Assembly: GCA_951406725.2 (NCBI GenBank)
Contig: OX597838.1
Location: forward strand, 43,338,001 to 43,402,000
Source: Octopus vulgaris
Taxonomy: Eukaryota
Direction of reading: 5' to 3'
Length of the DNA stretch: 64,000 nt
Positions within the stretch are counted from its first letter, which is position 1. Each line of letters begins with the position of its first letter. A model generated the notes under the pieces. That model ran no database searches. It was not told the DNA's origin and worked only from the letters and a program-made list of their open reading frames with translations. The translations under genes were made by a program, and so were the position numbers. Positions 60,163 to 64,000 of the stretch are shown piece by piece.

Positions 60163-62600
60163 TTCTGCAGATAAGAACAAATTTATATTTTAGCCCCAAA
60201 GTTTCTTCAAAAGTCTTCAGACATTTGCTCATGTCTCTGGCTCATCTCACCTGTTCACTATTCACCATTCTACCTTTTGTTGCTTATGACACATTTACAA
60301 CCCAATCACATGCTTGCAAGGCTCACTCAGCTGGTGACGATGGTGGGGGTCCCTTTTTTCATTCCATGCCTTGTTGATTGTTTGAACTGAAAAGCGGCCC
60401 TTCCCTCCCACCCTCAGCTATCCAATAAACGATGTATTAAAGGAAATGAGAGTCGCCATCATTTTAATGTTTATTTTTCCGTGCTTGCATGGGTCGGACA
60501 AAATTTGTGAAGACGAATTTTCTGTTGCTGGATACCCTTCCTGTCACCAACCCTCACTTGTTTTCAAGCAAAGTAATTATTTCCCCTTGGCCAGACATGT
60601 TTTTCATGGAAGAATGGGAACAAAGGGCTTTGCTTGTCAGGACAAGGAGATGTACATGACAGGCTTTTTTTCGGTCTCTGCCAACCAAATTTACTCTCAA
60701 GGCTTTGGCCTGGGGTTACAGTAGAAGACACTTCTCCAAGTTGTTGCACAAAGGGATTGAACCTGAAATCACATGGCTGGAAAGCAAACTTCTTAGCCTT
60801 GAATAAAAGCTGTCTCCCAGCTGCAGCTTCTAGAAATTTAGTGTTAATAACAAAGTGCAGAAAGCTGCCCAATGTGTGGCTGGTGGGATTGAGAGGGTAT
60901 TGTACAGCTGTTCACATGTGAAGACTCTGCTACAGTTGTGTGTATCCTACCGTGGAAGTTCTCTACGTTGCATGTCATAGCAACTCGTCTCTTATGATAT
61001 AAAGCTGTTATCAGCAAGATCTTTTGGCAACAATCTTGAGGGCTTCTTTTCAATTTATCTGAGTACATAAGGTACTCACATGCCATGCATGTGGGCGGAC
61101 TTTGTGATGCTTCAAGGGTAGATAGGCACACTCTGTGACTGTACCTCCTTGTAGATGCTGCTTGTTTGAGATTTTTGCATATTGGTGCTTCAGTTTTCTG
61201 TGAAGCTCTTATTGAAGTCGGCCAAAAACTCAATTGTTTTAGTCAGAATAAACTGTAAGAAATTCCCTTTTCAGCGTCTTGTTGAAACAGGTGTAGAGAA
61301 TTTACAGCTCAGTCTATATTTTGAAGCAAAGCAATGCCTCTATCCTCTCGTTTACTTTGCTGAACTGAAAAAAGATTAATTACTTTCCCAATTAGTTGGA
61401 TGTGGAAGTTTGATTCAGACAGGTTCCCCATTCACCCATTTTTTTGCCAAATATCAGCCTTTAAAGGTATTCAGAGTTTAGAAAACTGTCTTGTAATCCC
61501 TAAATTCCTTGCTGCGTAATTTATGAGTAAAATTAGATGGTGGTGGTGGTGGTGGTGGTGGTGGGGATGTTGGTGGTGGGGATGTTGGTGGCATTTGGCA
61601 GCGACTGAGGAGAACCTGATGTCTTGAAATATTTATGGGTCTCACCTTATAAACTTGTTTCGTCATCTTCCCCTCCCCTTATCTCCATCCCCACTCCATA
61701 CCTGTCATTTTGTCAATGAATTTTTTTGCATGTTAGAAATGTTAATGTGAACACTGTTGAAGAAGACCACAAACAATCTTGTTATACATAGAAGGAGGGT
61801 TCTAACCCTATGCATGGCAATACTCTCCCTGAATTATAAGCAACGGGGTGGGGGTGGTGGGAGAGGAAAGAATAAAAAAAACAAGAAGAGCGAAACGATT
61901 CTTCTGCTTTCAGCCCTTTATTAAAAGAAAAAAAAAAACGAACATTTAAGAAAAAACAATTTTTTACTTATCTTTTTTTATGAGAATATGAAAAAAAAAA
62001 AAACCACTGAAAATTGTATTGATGGTTCTTGTAAATATTTTTTGTCTAATTCCAAGTACATTGTCATAATTCCCATTTCGAAATCTTCACAACAGACAGA
62101 TAGTATTACCCTTGTATAAATTATCTTTACTTCAATATTGCAGTGTTACAACACTACCCCCACCCCCAACAACTTGCCAATATTTGAAGACATCATCTTC
62201 TCTTGTCTTGGTTGTTGCACAGTTCTTGTGAATAAAGATAGGACAAACAAAAAAGAAAAAAAACCTTTTGGCTTTCAATCTTTGATACCGACTGCTGTTT
62301 CCCCCACCCCTCTACTACTACTGCTACACATACACACACACACACATACACACACACACACAACGTGCCAAAGTCTGGCATTCATCACCACAGTTCTTTG
62401 GTTGGGGTTATTTTTTTTATATATATATATTGAACCAACAACCTCTACAGCTGTTTCGCAGTGTACACTTTCTGATTTCATTCCATTTCTCATGTTTTCT
62501 CATTCTTAATATTTTACACTACCATAAATAATAAAATATATATATATATTCTCAACTTACATTGTCCCTTTTTTATATTTTCCTTTTGTTCATTTATATA

Positions 62601-62643
<43 letters not shown>

Positions 62644-63638
62644 ACGACCAACTGTAAAAGTAAAAACAGGTACAACGCATTGCTAGAAACACCAGTGACC
62701 CATTTGTTGTGTTTTACCTACCAGAATTGAATGAACTGAAAAGTTGTGTGTGTGTGTGTACCTCACAAAATATTTTCTATTAAAGGGTACACACGAACGT
62801 GACAAACGAAGCTTATTGTGTAAAATCAAAAACCTTATCGAGCAGCCAGCAGCTATGATGCACGTGTGCATATGGTGTGTGTGCGCCCCTCGATGTATTT
62901 TGCATTGAAAGACACGAATCTGCTATAATAATACTCTTGTATATTTCTCCGTCACAACATATGAACGAGAAAGGAAGGGGTAATTGATGAATGAGGAAGG
63001 AAGGGGTGATGGCAAACTGGAAGTGGAATGGTGAACATTCAACGCTAAAAAGAAAAATCAAACAGCGTTTCAACTCTGTGTGTGTGTATGTGTGTGCGTG
63101 TACAAGGGAAGTATGTGGATGTTTGTATCTGTGATTATTATGTACCGTATTTTGTGCCTTATTTATATATAACCGTCATTTTTATCTGCACGGGACCACT
63201 CGTGTAATAATATTTAACGTATACAATGAGAAGATCTTAGACCAGCCAACAGCTATGGTGTATGTATATGTAGTGTGTATGTGTATATAGTTTCTGAATG
63301 TATATATGTACGCATATATGTGTGTGTAGTTCTGTACGAAAATGTATGCGAGCGTCTTTATATGTATGTGTATATAAATTGATTTTGTTTGTAAGTTAAT
63401 CTGTGAACAGACGCGAAGAAGAAGACAGGTCGGGGAGAACGAACCGGAGTGTTTGGTCATAAAATATATGGGGAGTCACAGGCACGCGCATACATCAACA
63501 CGAATAGAGAGAAAGACACAACGTAGTTTGGTGGAGTTGTCGCCTGTAAAAGAAATAACATCAAATATTAAGTTGTGTGTGTGTATGTATATGTATGCAT
63601 GTATATGTGCATGTGTGTATATGTGTGTGTGTGTATGG

Positions 63639-63932
63639 GTGGAGGCGCAGTGGCCCAGTGGTTAGGGCAGCGTACTCGCGGTTGTAGGATCGCGGTTTCG
63701 ATTCCTAGACCGGGCGTTGTGAGTGTTTATTGAGTGAAAACACCTAAAACTCCACGAAGCTCCGGCAGGGGGCGGTGGCGATACCTGCTGTACTCTTTCG
63801 CCACAACTTTCTCTCACTCTTTGGCCTGCTCGCTTCGCCAGTGGAGTGGCGTCATTTGAAGGTTAAATGCGAAGCGCATTGTGACCAGCGATGTGTAGCA
63901 ACATCTGATAGCCTGGTCGGTCACGGTGACGG

Positions 63933-63933
<1 letters not shown>
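63639..63933 (+). mobile_element. SINE family C head with an alternative 3' tail
   Basis: Near-identical to 54744-54926 up to CAACTTTCTCTCACTCTT, then a different tail ending CATCTGATAGCCTGGTCGGTCACGGTGA. Confidence 0.88.
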
Positions 63934-63972
<39 letters not shown>

Positions 63973-64000
63973 GTATGCATGTATATATATGTGTATGTAT

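Noticed and set aside
60790-61240. 129-aa ORF or L1/Tx1 zinc-knuckle remnant (SCPMCG..)
   Set aside because: Too degenerate to assign; no splice or homology support

Overview
AT-rich, microsatellite-saturated eukaryotic DNA. The SINE and LINE families look like those of an octopus/coleoid cephalopod (inferred from repeat content only). The window holds one protein-coding gene on the + strand: Suppressor of Hairless / RBPJ (CSL), the Notch-pathway transcription factor. I reconstructed it by hand as 12 GT-AG exons from 11228 to 55587 (1704 nt, 567 aa), including a 27-nt microexon. A further candidate 138-nt in-frame exon at 24289-24426 is invisible to the ORF track. Upstream lies an ~8.5 kb compound (CAT GAT3 AAT3-4)n satellite that continues directly from a SINE tail. 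Introns carry several tRNA-derived SINE families, truncated RTE and R4/Dong-like LINE pieces, a mariner relic and TTAA-flanked MITEs. The most unusual signal is a set of short, often palindromic elements next to (TA)n tracts with minimal hammerhead-ribozyme motifs (Penelope-pLTR/retrozyme-like, about five sequence families). One copy (25024-25065, antisense to the gene) looks structurally intact, while every sense-strand copy has a core mutation. Nearly all ORFs in the supplied track are microsatellite or repeat artefacts.
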